Shown here: one piece after another, positions 50,621-62,523 of the stretch | Layout of the letters: the number at the start of each line of letters is the position of its first letter | Numbering within the stretch: the stretch's first letter is position 1 | NCBI RefSeq assembly: GCF_001194135.2 | Contig: NC_068981.1 | Location: forward strand, 25,156,463-25,220,462 | Origin: Octopus bimaculoides | Taxonomy: Eukaryota | DNA length: 64,000 nt | Direction: 5' to 3' | Translations under genes and position numbers: made by a program | The notes under the pieces: generated by a model | Database searches by the model: none | Told to the model about the DNA's origin: nothing | The model's input: only the letters and a program-made list of their open reading frames with translations

Positions 50621-51133
50621 GTGCTCCCCCAGATTGTAATCTTCCTAGCCTTCAATGTCATCTTGTTTGTCTCTTCGGCGTCAATTCCAAGCCAATGTGA
50701 AATACCAAAATCTCTGAAAGTTCATTTCGAGAGTCTGCCCAGAGCAGACATGGGTAATAATTTTTTTCTACCCGTTGAATTACTTCGAGCCGAAAGTATC
50801 TCGACCCCACTAAGCGATGGAAATCTAACTTGCCCAGAATCTATTGATTCTTCCGGTAACATACGTGAGCGTTCAACCTGTCCTTGGTACCAGAAAACTA
50901 CTTATAATTCAAGACTTTACTTTCCATCATATACTGAAGCAGTGTGTCCATGCAGTAATTGTCAGGACCGTGACAAGAATTATCAGTGTGCTACAATTTT
51001 TTCTAAAATAACTGTCCTCGAACGTACAGATGAATGTGTTGGTGAACTGTGTATATACAAACCAATTGTAGTTGATGTAGCAACAGCTTGTGTTTGCGCA
51101 CGGAAAGTCAGCAAGCCAAGTAAAGGAAATTAA
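50621..51133 (+). CDS. IL17-like: IL-17-like gene 3, exon 2 (spliced protein 175 aa, MKITKVLPQIVIFLAFNVILFVSSA-SIPSQC...PSKGN*)
   Basis: Acceptor ttctttctcttatAG ends at 50620; the GTG 'start' in the ORF track is the first exon codon. Motifs RERSTCPW, TEAVCPCSNC, CATI, ECVGEL, TACVC. Confidence 0.93.
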   Translation: MLPQIVIFLAFNVILFVSSASIPSQCEIPKSLKVHFESLPRADMGNNFFLPVELLRAESISTPLSDGNLTCPESIDSSGNIRERSTCPWYQKTTYNSRLYFPSYTEAVCPCSNCQDRDKNYQCATIFSKITVLERTDECVGELCIYKPIVVDVATACVCARKVSKPSKGN

Positions 51134-51417
51134 AAAAATATGAGGAAAGTGAACAGTAACGGAAAGTTATTCATGATCGTTTAAGTAGAGGACTATATGC
51201 TTAGTATATTTTGTACACATATACACGCGCGCGCGCGCATGCACGCACATACATACATATATGCATACATACGGAGACACACACATTATATGTGAATATA
51301 TAAAATTACCTAATTACACGCATTATATACATACCTAACATACATATACACAAAACATATGTACACATATACGTGCATATATACATACATACACACACAT
51401 ACACACATAGATACATA

Positions 51418-51448
<31 letters not shown>

Positions 51449-52429
51449 TACACATACATACATACATACATATACGTACACACGCTCGCATATTATACAA
51501 TGTTAAACCATTGTTTATAATTATTTCCCTCTCCTTAGATCCTATGCAATAGAAAGTACCAGTGATATTCTACGACTGATTCAATCAAATATATTCTACT
51601 CGATTAAACTTTTAGCATTGTATCAGTGTATGAAACTCTAATTATCCAGTGACTCAAGTTCGAGGTTTCCTATATCGAGCCTATATGTCTAGTAGGTTCC
51701 TGCCACACATCTTTTTTACCCTACTCGGTTATATACACATTCTTAAAATATGTGTTTTCTTGAAGACAAATATATATCTACGTACGCTGGTTTATTTATT
51801 ATCTAACCTCTTTGTACCAACGTGTTTGTATCCGTCCGTATTTCTCTGATACAAATTTCTATTGAAATTTCATGTTCCAAACTACGGAAAAATTATGACA
51901 GTTATTTCTGTAGATCTTTTCATTATTTTCAGTATTAATTGACACGAAGTCAATGAATTTCCACAGAAATATGGCAGCAGAATTGTTATTATGATAACAA
52001 GAGTTAATTCTTGAATATATAGGACTTACTTGAACTGCAACTTAGAGGAAAGTTTGTCCCAGTTTAAGTATAAACCTTAATGGTTTTAGAAATCAAGTAC
52101 AAAACGTACAAAGGTTACCGTGTACTACAACTTAAAATCACATTTGAGGTTTATGAAAAAATACTATGAATAATAAAACATTGTCGAAGCGTTAAGTAAT
52201 TTTGGAGCAGTTCTTCAAGACCTCTTTTCCTATGTACAGCATCTTACAAAAGATGCAGAGTTCCATGCATGTTTTCTGTGTAACAATACATCACGTTATC
52301 GACCAGACAATCGGATGTTGCTATACACCGCTTTTTACAATGCTCTTCACATTGTTTTAACTTATGAACGATGCTATTCCGTTGGTTTGACAATCATATC
52401 AGCCTTCACTCTAAACGAAAATCCAGTCT

Positions 52430-52580
52430 GTCGCAAGGTTACCCATCTATTACTGGGTGGACGGGAGCACCGTAAAATGAAGTGTTTTGCTCAAGGCCGT
52501 AACACAAAGTCGGAATCTGAATCGAAACCACGATCTAGCGTTCGTTTGTTATTTACCTTAACTAGAAGATCACGAGCTTC
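52430..52580 (-). mobile_element. SINE family 2 (diverged)
   Basis: ATGAAGTGTTTTGCTCAAG and ATCGAAACCACGATC are reverse complements of family 2 motifs at 4980-5045. Confidence 0.6.
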
Positions 52581-52588
52581 CACAATAA

Positions 52589-52633
<45 letters not shown>

Positions 52634-52860
52634 CTCTCTCTTTCTCCCCCTCTCTCTCCAACCCTCTCTCTCTATATATATTATAAATATATATCGAGAG
52701 GGAGGTACGAATATACATACATATGTGTGTCTTTTGAGGCCTCCGTTACATTGGCAGACCTTCTGGCATACATTGCATTGAAAGGTGTGCACAGACATTT
52801 AGGCAGAGTAGTTTTTTTTATTATACATATTCTTATACGTATATGCATGAATATTTTTAC

Positions 52861-52896
<36 letters not shown>

Positions 52897-53059
52897 TTTA
52901 TATTTAAATCTTATTTTATTTATATTCTTAAATTACACATCTTTTACTTCTTATAAATATATATACATATTATTATCATTATTATTAATATTTAAATCTC
53001 ATTTATATTTTTAAATCACATGGCTTACATTTTCTTTTAATGAATGAATGAGCTACTCC

Positions 53060-53300
53060 GCGTCGGACACCGGAGTAATATTTGATCATTTTATAGAGTG
53101 CTCGGGTATTGGTTTGGTGTCTGCAATGTAATAGCTTACTTCATGGGCATGTAGAAGTTCTTTAACCTTGGTTGGTAATCTATCTAGAAGAAGGAAACCT
53201 GATGCCTTGGAAGTTCCTGGTTTTGTCAATTTTCATGTCATACCGGCGAAAGTCTTCTTGGGCCAATAGTTAGGGATAGTGCAGTGCAAGCTATACTCAC
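53060..53300 (-). mobile_element. Possible Ty3/Gypsy gag-like relic
   Basis: Frameshifted peptides LTIGPRRLSPV*HE and FLLLDRLPTKVKELL resemble Gypsy gag motifs. The match is short and degenerate. Confidence 0.25.
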
Positions 53301-54720
53301 TGAAAATTATTCATCTACACGCACACACATACACACACATATATATGCATATATAGATAAATGTTTACACACACACACATATATATATGAGTGCGTGTGT
53401 ATGCATATGTATATATATATATGAGTGAATGTTTGCATATATATATATATACATATATATTTATATATGTATAACCCCCCCCCACACACACACACATACA
53501 TATGAATACGCAAGTGCATACAAGTACGCATACTTTTTACAATAGTATTCACATTCTTGATAGCATGTTTATTTATATATATTTTTTATATATTTGAAAA
53601 TTAATATTTTGTTAATGGTAAATATTCACTTTTACTTCAATATTTATTTATTTATTTCTTACGTAATTTTCATTTTTTGTTTTACTTAATATAACAATTT
53701 TTGTATAGCCGAGTGTCGATTGTAAATATATCTAAATACATTTTACATCTGTATCAGATGCTTTTTATAATTCGTGAAACAAGAAGAGATAGTTATAAAT
53801 TTGTACAATGTTGTAATTTAATTTATTAAATGTAGCTTTCTTTGTAACCAATAAAATACATTATTAATTCAAATCTTATTCGTCTTTATTTTCACTTCAG
53901 CATGTTTTTCTTTAACTTGTTATAGTAATCTAAACTGTGCACTGCTTAACTCGCTGATTCGATTTAATAATGGGCTACCAGATGTCTGAATGAATCCTTT
54001 TAAATCATTTTATATATATGTATGTGCATATATATATATATATANNNNNNNNNNNNNNNNNNNNNNNNNNNNNNNNNNNNNNNNNNNNNNNNNNNNNNNN
54101 NNNNNNNNNNNNNNNNNNNNNNNNNNNNNNNNNNNNNNNNNNNNNNNNNNNNNNNNNNNNNNNNNNNNNNNNNNNNNNNNNNNNNNNNNNNNNNNNNNNN
54201 NNNNNNNNNNNNNNNNNNNNNNNNNNNNNNNNNNNNNNNNNNNNNNNNNNNNNNNNNNNNNNNNNNNNNNNNNNNNNNNNNNNNNNNNNNNNNNNNNNNN
54301 NNNNNNNNNNNNNNNNNNNNNNNNNNNNNNNNNNNNNNNNNNNNNNNNNNNNNNNNNNNNNNNNNNNNNNNNNNNNNNNNNNNNNNNNNNNNNNNNNNNN
54401 NNNNNNNNNNNNNNNNNNNNNNNNNNNNNNNNNNNNNNNNNNNNNNNNNNNNNNNNNNNNNNNNNNNNNNNNNNNNNNNNNNNNNNNNNNNNNNNNNNNN
54501 NNNNNNNNNNNNNNNNNNNNNNNNNNNNNNNNNNNNNNNNNNNNNNNNNNNNNNNNNNNNNNNNNNNNNNNNNNNNNNNNNNNNNNNNNNNNNNNNNNNN
54601 NNNNNNNNNNNNNNNNNNNNNNNNNNNNNNNNNNNNNNNNNNNNNNNNNNNNNNNNNNNNNNNNNNATATATATATATATATATATATATATACGTGTAT
54701 ATATATATATATGTAATATG

Positions 54721-54785
54721 TGGGACTGAGCCCGGAACCATGTAGTTGGGAAGAACGTTTCGCACCATACAGCCACGCCTGCGCT

Positions 54786-54786
<1 letters not shown>
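54721..54786 (-). mobile_element. SINE family 1, head fragment
   Basis: Reverse complement of GGCGTGGCTGTATGG...CATGGTTCCGGGCTCAGTCCCAC. Confidence 0.7.
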
Positions 54787-54816
<30 letters not shown>

Positions 54817-54844
54817 ATTCAAATATGAATTGGAAGCAGTTAGA

Positions 54845-55180
54845 GGTATATGAACAAAATCGAACACGTACACATAAGATATGTGTGTGTTATTAGTTCG
54901 TAGGTCGGTTGCGTTTTAGGCATAAGAGAATATATTCTCAAATCACCGAACTATATATTGCTTAATGCTCGAAGTGTATAAGCAAAATCGAATACACATC
55001 GATGTCTGTCGCTCCGGAAAATGGTCCTGTGTGATTTGTCTAGCTTGCCTGTGATTTACTTGAGGATGTTTTTAACACCAGGCGTATTGAGAACATATTC
55101 TCTTACGCCTAAAAGGCAGCCGACCCACGGACTAACAAGAAACACCTTGTGTATGGGTGTTCGATTTTTATTTATATACT
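54845..55180. mobile_element. MITE-like element with ~95-bp imperfect terminal inverted repeats
   Basis: 54845-54942 and 55087-55180 are reverse complements (AAAATCGAACAC...GTCGG.TGC.TTTTAGGC.TAAGAGAATAT.TTCTCAA). Confidence 0.55.
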
Positions 55181-55280
55181 TTGAGGTGCTGGTTCTGATT
55201 CGTATCTGAATTTTTTCCATGGCACGAAACGTTCGTATATGCCAGTAGATGGTTCTCAAACCATTTAATATATAGTCATA

Positions 55281-55473
55281 GGAGAATTCACGAAAAAAAC
55301 AAGAGACGAAGACAGGTGGTGTAAACAACAAATGGATGTATTAGTATAACGCTCGAGAATAGAGAAAGTCTTTAACGTTTCGAGCCTACGCTCTATTCCC
55401 GAGCGTTATACTAATACATCTATTTGTTGTTTACATCACCTGCCTTCGTCTGCTGTTTTTTCGTGAATTCTCC
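55281..55473. repeat. Near-perfect 84/83-bp inverted repeat with a 26-nt loop
   Basis: Arms 55281-55364 and 55391-55473 differ by 6 mismatches and 1 indel on manual alignment. Confidence 0.92.
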
Positions 55474-56892
55474 CATACATAGCACACGCTCACATGGTCG
55501 CACCAGCTAATCCTGTTTCTAATCATCACACACGAATTTCTGGACTCTCTACCTTTTTGCATTCTGGACTATTTATTCTGGACTTTTTTATTCGGAACTT
55601 TGCACTCTCCGGTTGCACCTCTTCTGCTTACGGATTACGCTGTACCTATCTACTGATAATATATAGTCATAGTCGGTGATATTGCTTGCGGTAGGCCTAG
55701 TTTGGCACGCAGTATTGAAAAGTCACAGTGACGAAAGGTCGATGTCGGTTGCTCCGGAAAAGGGACCTATCTATAACTTACTTTCAGGTTTTTTAACACC
55801 AGGCACATTCAGCTCTATTTATGCAGCTGATAAGGAATATGTTGGCTTTTAGTGAACAATTACTGTACACTTCTGGCAACAGTAACACTTGTGTATGAAA
55901 TTCAAAAATGGCGATTGATGGAAGTTAAAAATTTATCAATAAAGACGTGAGTCGCTTTTCATGCTGGTACAGTGTTGTCTTCGCGCTTGGGTGTTGTTTT
56001 CCTTTACATGATATTTAAGGAATATCTTGTAGGTCTTCTTACGACTCCTTCTAATAATTCTTTATATCTTAGTTGTAAAGGTATCACAAATGTATCAGAA
56101 AAGGCCTGAATCATTTTCACATTCACGAAACATCCTGGAAAAAATAAGAAAGAAAATTTTCTCCTTTGAAACATAGAAGTGCAAAAATTCCCCCTCTAAT
56201 TATTTCCGATGGAAAGGAGTATGGACAATATTATACCAATGCAAACTGTGATAGTTTTTCAATGTGATATATTTTCCCAATGATAACTACTCAGGTGTTC
56301 TAAATATATGACACAACAGTTACAGAACTGCATAGATATTCTACATATTGGAAAGTAAATAAAATTATTTTAAAAATACAAACTGACAGAACTAGCAACA
56401 ACATCTAAAGTTCTCTCCTAGTGAGATAATGAGCCTAGCGGTGCATAATTATCTTGACTTGTGAAAGAAAATAAATAATATTAGATGGCTCCGGTGTGCT
56501 CAAGATAAACTCTGGTGTTCTCTCATTAAGCACCCCCTGTCAAAATTTCCAGTGTTTACTCATTAAATATTCTCCAGGCTCCTTTCGTTAAACGACTTCA
56601 CCCCCCGGTGATCTAGTGTTAAACTTTCCTGCGGTGAACTCCAGTTAAACGTTCTTTGGTGTCATTTTTATTATTTATGGTTCAGGAGGTATAATGAGTG
56701 TTTCTTTCCTTAAAACACCGTGGAGGACATGACCAAGAATTTTCAAGCTCAACAGATGATGAACAAAATACATAATATGAACAAAATAGTCCCAAATTAG
56801 CAAGGATGTCTGCAATTCCAAAGTTTTCGTGGGAACAAAAATGTGGTAGATTTAAAGCACCATGTGTCCAAGCTATCTAATAATAGGCAGAC

Positions 56893-56928
<36 letters not shown>

Positions 56929-57602
56929 AATGGAGGCTTAAGAAGATTCGACAAAATGTGTGAATAAAATCTGTATCCTACAGAAAACATAATGGGTTTC
57001 AAAGTAGTGTGACCGACTAACGAGAACAATATACACGTTTATCAGAGCGTATTTCAAAATTCTAGGTAAAATACTTTCGAAAGACACTCTCAAACCTGCG
57101 GATGACAGAATATGATTGTCGAAGTGCTCACCAAGAGTTTATTAAGAGACGAAAGAAAGTTAATATGAGCACACAAAGACTTTACTAAGCCACTCAAATT
57201 AGTGAATGCTAACAGGTACCGTTACGTGCTTCAGAACTCAATAGTTGAGGATGTACATATTTTTTTGTCTATACTGGAGAATATTTTCATATCTCCATGG
57301 TGGTGATGATTAAAAGTAGTGAATGATGGCATCATCGTCGGTGGAGTATATATGGTTTGTTAGAAGTTCTTTAGTGCACAGCGGGTAATGCGATTTGAAA
57401 TGTTATCAGATAAGTACCACAAGACAGAGACATGGATGTCAACTTAGAAACATGAGGTCTCCTCCTATCTCTGCTGATGGTATTGTAACTTGAAAACTAG
57501 AACCGTCTCCTCTTTACTGGGAGCTATCCGATTTAGAAACAGCTACACACAAACATTTATATCTGTCTGATCTCACCCACTAGCCACCGCAATAATTACT
57601 AA

Positions 57603-57805
57603 ACTGGCAGAATCGGTAGCACGCTAAGCAAAATACCTGGCGGCATTTCGTCCATCTACGTTCTGAGGTCAAATGCCGCCGGGGTCGACTTCACCTTTCA
57701 TCCTTTCGGGGTCAATAAAATAAGTGCCAGCTGAGTACTGGGCTCGATCTTATCAACTTAGCCCCTCCCCTCAAGTTACTGGCCTTTGCCAAAATTTAAA
57801 ACCAA
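57603..57805 (+). mobile_element. SINE family 3, sense orientation
   Basis: CTGGCAGAATCGGTAGCACG...GTTCTGAGGTCAAATGCCGCCGGGGTCGACTTCACCTTTCATCCTTTCGGGGTCAATAAAATAAGT. Confidence 0.8.
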
Positions 57806-59034
57806 TAATCACAACGGCTAGTACTCAGTATATTCCTTCGTAGAACATCGGTACTCTACAACTCTCCCACAGTATATCTTTTCCCTGCAGTTGTCGACTG
57901 GAAATGCTAACTGCATCAGTATCAAGAGGAACTCTTCCTGTATGACAATCGCCAGTCTTGGGACGCCTGTGAAGTTTATGGCACGCAGACTTCTGAAAGT
58001 AATGAACCTGCACTGCTCCACGCTTTATATTCGCAAACAGACACCCGTCCTAGATTATCTACATCGTCTTAGAGTAGCTATGGAAAGAACCATAATTTTT
58101 CGTTTCTTGAAATTTCTCATCGTCCCAATAATACCGTTCGAATTACTCTGACGATCTTCTCTTTTCGAAAACAATTTAAATATTTTAGATATCTTAAGCT
58201 TACCATAAAGTTATTATTTAAACCAAGTTTAGACCTCTCTGATTACAATAAAAATGGAGGCTGTATGTATATTAATTAATGTATTAACTGGTGACGTATA
58301 TTCGGTAGTTATGGCACAAGAGAGACAACGTAGCACATCAGAGATTATGTGTATTAATGATTCTTGTATAATAATATATACTTCTAAACTTATTCCTAGC
58401 AAATGTAAAAGCTGCTCCGAAACCTAAGATAATATTGTAATGAAGAAGAGTTGTAAATTAATATAACTTAAAATGGTTGTTCAACCATTATTTGGAGATA
58501 AAAACTATTTGTGTTTATAAATGGAAAGCTTAGCATGTGACAATTTTACTGCTAAAGAATATGTTTAAAGCATACACAACCCTAGGTGTTTGCTGGATGG
58601 CTACTGTTGAACGCCTTTGTTTCTATTTCTATTCCGTCAGAACTACGATTGGGTTAAGCATGAACAACGAAAACATTCACAACTTAACAAATGATTTGCC
58701 TCAGTTAGAGCTGAACACTTCACCACGCACAAAGACACACACACACACACACAGACAAGCCTACATGCGCGCGCACATGAAACTATGAATATACAACAGA
58801 ATGATGTAAGAGTTATCATTTTTGTATTACTGTATAAATCGTAGCAACGCTGACCCGTTCTGTATCCATTGTTTGTGGATATAACGTTGAAACAAATTAA
58901 CAAATTATAAAAGATATTTCTTGCTTACTTTAGGTCCTCCCTCTGTGTACAAGTCGAAGCAGTCTTCTCACTTGTTAGTTCCATCTGTTACAAAAATCAA
59001 TTAATTTATTCGCCTTACATTGTTTCATGTCATG

Positions 59035-59077
59035 TCGGATTTCCTCTGCCTCGACTGGTTTTCAAGACTTATATAAG
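59035..59077 (+). promoter_or_regulatory. Putative core promoter of gene 4
   Basis: CGGATTTCC (kappaB-like) at 59036-59044 and TATATAAG at 59070-59077, 136 bp upstream of the ATG. Confidence 0.5.
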
Positions 59078-59205
59078 TAAATCTAGGACAGCTGATAACA
59101 TTTCAAAAGCGTATCACATTGAGGAACGAACCCCCTCGGGTTTCAGTCGTAAAATATCGTATTGTTTTCCTTGATTTTTCAATTTTCAACTGAAGAATCA
59201 GTATA

Positions 59206-59220
59206 ATGAAGAAAATTTCA
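59206..59220 (+). CDS. IL17-like: IL-17-like gene 4, exon 1 (MKKIS)
   Basis: taATG AAG AAA ATT TCA|GTAAGTAAACTTAT, phase 0. Intron 59221..62523. Confidence 0.85.
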
Positions 59221-59301
59221 GTAAGTAAACTTATGCTAATTACCTCATCTGATGTATTTCAGAATACGTTTACATACATACATACATACATATGTCATAC
59301 A

Positions 59302-59332
<31 letters not shown>

Positions 59333-59507
59333 GTCATACGTACTGTGTCATACGTACCCAGACGTTCTCACCAGATGCTTCCTCGACGTCATTTTGTCTA
59401 ATTTCAAACCGACGTATGGAGTATTCTTTTAAACCCTGTTTTAAAATACCATAGCCCACTCGAATAGGGAGTCGTTGCCTACCTTGCCTAATGTAGCCCA
59501 CGGTTGC

Positions 59508-59825
59508 TGGCGTAGCTTTGCAATAGGAAGCCTACTTCTCAACCACATAGTTCCTGGTTCAGACGGAAACTGAAAGAAGCTCGTTGTATATTAATATGTA
59601 CAATATCAATGCGTGTATCTTTGTGTCTGTGTTTGTCCCCGCCATCACTTGACAATCGGCGCAGGTGTGTTTACGTCCCATAACTTAGTGGTTCAGCTTA
59701 CGGGATCGATAGAATAAGTACTAAGCTAAAAAATACTGTCCTGGCGTCGATTTGTTCGACAAGTACTGCTGAGGTGGGTACCTCAGTATGGCTGAAGTTA
59801 CATGACTGAAACAAGTAAAAGATAA
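59508..59825 (+). mobile_element. SINE family 1 with internal deletion, in intron 1 of gene 4
   Basis: The head joins directly to ACGGAAACTGAAAGAAGC; the tail GATAGAATAAGTAC...ATGACTGAAACAAGTAAAAGATA is present. Confidence 0.75.
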
Positions 59826-60302
59826 ATAAAAGAATGCAAGTTGATGTTTGCAATCGTTTAGGACGCTAGCAGAGATTGTGGCAAGGCCTGCTGCCGAATC
59901 GAATTTAATTTTATTAATTGTTGCAGTGATTTCATTAGTGCTGAGCGTTATACATGGGAGGATATGTGAGGATTTGCATAATCAATATGGCCTACTTCGA
60001 TCTCACCGAAATCACTTTAGATCAACCAGTATTGCTTCTGTAGAACTTCCACCATATATTTGGCATCATTGTGAAGATTTTGTATTCATCGATTAGGAGG
60101 CTATGAAGGGAATGTAGCCCAAAGCGCAAGCTGTTATTCCTTTGACAAATCAAAAGAATGAAAGCTTTGGTATTGCACAGGCCACACTTCATCGGCGGTC
60201 CTTAAATATTTATAAATGTATATATAAGTGTATATCTATATGTATGTATTTATGTATGTCATTATCCAGTTATTTCAAGATTTCTTGCAAAAAGAGAACG
60301 AA

Positions 60303-60530
60303 CCGGTTTCTAACCTAGATCAGATCCAAGGCTCCTTCATTGGAATTTCAACATCAACAACAGAGTATTTTTGTATGTATGTATGTATGTATGTATGTAT
60401 GTATGTATGTATGTATGCTATCGATCAGTTTCATTTCTGTATTTCTTGTCCATAGAGAAAGAGCCGGACTCTAACATAGATTCAAGGCTCCTTCATTGGA
60501 ACTTTTACCAACATCATCTAGGTATTTGTG
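60303..60530 (+). repeat. Diverged ~70-bp direct repeat separated by (TATG)n
   Basis: CCGG..TCTAAC.TAGAT...CAAGGCTCCTTCATTGGAA at 60303 and 60463. Confidence 0.65.
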
Positions 60531-61260
60531 CNNNNNNNNNNNNNNNNNNNNNNNNNNNNNNNNNNNNNNNNNNNNNNNNNNNNNNNNNNNNNNNNNNNNN
60601 NNNNNNNNNNNNNNNNNNNNNNNNNNNNNNNNNNNNNNNNNNNNNNNNNNNNNNNNNNNNNNNNNNNNNNNNNNNNNNNNNNNNNNNNNNNNNNNNNNNN
60701 NNNNNNNNNNNNNNNNNNNNNNNNNNNNNNNNNNNNNNNNNNNNNNNNNNNNNNNNNNNNNNNNNNNNNNNNNNNNNNNNNNNNNNNNNNNNNNNNNNNN
60801 NNNNNNNNNNNNNNNNNNNNNNNNNNNNNNNNNNNNNNNNNNNNNNNNNNNNNNNNNNNNNNNNNNNNNNNNNNNNNNNNNNNNNNNNNNNNNNNNNNNN
60901 NNNNNNNNNNNNNNNNNNNNNNNNNNNNNNNNNNNNNNNNNNNNNNNNNNNNNNNNNNNNNNNNNNNNNNNNNNNNNNNNNNNNNNNNNNNNNNNNNNNN
61001 NNNNNNNNNNNNNNNNNNNNNNNNNNNNNNNNNNNNNNNNNNNNNNNNNNNNNNNNNNNNNNNNNNNNNNNNNNNNNNNNNNNNNNNNNNNNNNNNNNNN
61101 NNNNNNNNNNNNNNNNNNNNNNNNNNNNNNNNNNNNNNNNNNNNNNNNNNNNNNNNNNNNNNNNNNNNNNNNNNNNNNNNNNNNNNNNNNNNNNNNNNNN
61201 NNNNNNNNNNNNNNNNNNNNNNNNNNNNNNNNNNNNNNNNNNNNNNNNNNNNNNNNNNNN

Positions 61261-61306
<46 letters not shown>

Positions 61307-61775
61307 ACACACACGCACACGCACACACTCATACACGCACACACAGCAAATTTAGTCCCTCCTGATACTCAAACCATTCGCACGTTCGGTGATCTATGAT
61401 TTCTTGCTGGATCATACCATGAAGGCGAATTCTTGTGAATCACGTCCTCAACAAATGCGTGTAAACTCCAATATTCACTTTATGGTCCTTCACCGCCATT
61501 CTTCTTTACAGCAAAACTCTACAAATATCCAACTTTACGTTTAAGTTCTTTGATAAATTTCCGCATGGAATAGTTATCCGTAGACTCTTCACTTCAAACC
61601 TTTGCGGACAACATGAGCGGAAAGAGTATATAAGAAAGATTGTAATCATACTGCATATCCTAAGTTTCTACATTTTGCTGTATATCATGCTATAAATCAA
61701 ATGAAATTTTGTAATGCTCGGGGAAGAAAGCGCTTTATCAAATAACGATTGTTTATTTAGGAATTCACACACATA

Positions 61776-62227
61776 AGCGCAGGCATGACCGTGTGGTTAA
61801 GAAGTTTGCTTTACAACCATGTGGTTTCGGGTTAAGTCGCACTACGCAGCGCTTCCGTAAATGCCTTCTGCTATAGCACCTGGCCAACCAACGCCTCGTG
61901 AATGTATTTGGTAGACTGAATTACACTCACTTACACACAGACACACATGCACACACACGCACATACACGCACACATACACACATGTATACAAGTATACAT
62001 GTTATATATACGCGCGCGAATATACTTGTCTTTGTGTTTATGTTTCTCTCTTACTTCCGGTTGACGACGGGTGTTACTTTGTTTTAGCTTGGTAACTTAG
62101 CGGTTCGGCAAAATAAACCGACAAAATAAGTACCAGACTTAAACAAAATAAGTAGAAGTTGATTTGTTCGATTATAGCCTCCAATGAGGGCTCAGTCCAA
62201 TGATTGAAACACTGAAAGATAAAAGAT
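61776..62227 (+). mobile_element. Old SINE family 1 copy with internal (CA)n, in intron 1 of gene 4
   Basis: Diverged head GCAGGCATGACCGTGTGGTTAAGAAGTTTGC and tail TAACTTAGCGGTTCGGCAAAA...GATTGAAAC. Confidence 0.7.
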
Positions 62228-62523
62228 AATAGAAATCGGTTTCATTTTCCCTTTCTACTTAGAACATATCTCGACTGCTTTACCAATGAACCCATAAAAT
62301 ATATTTTAAATATATATTTGTGACTTATCTTTTTCTTTCTGAGATATTTAACTTACCATTGATCATTCATTGCATGCTCAGAGGCAAGTCTCTGTAATGT
62401 AGACTCTCATAAAATGTCTTATGTTTATAAATGTTTAATATTCTTGTTAAGCTTCTTTTTTTTTTTTTCCTTTATCATGTTGTGGTATGATACATTTCTT
62501 TATCATATATATCTTTCTCACAG

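Noticed and set aside
56700-57400. Possible decayed transposase with a 30-nt poly(A) at 56897-56926
   Set aside because: No catalytic motif or target-site duplication is identifiable.
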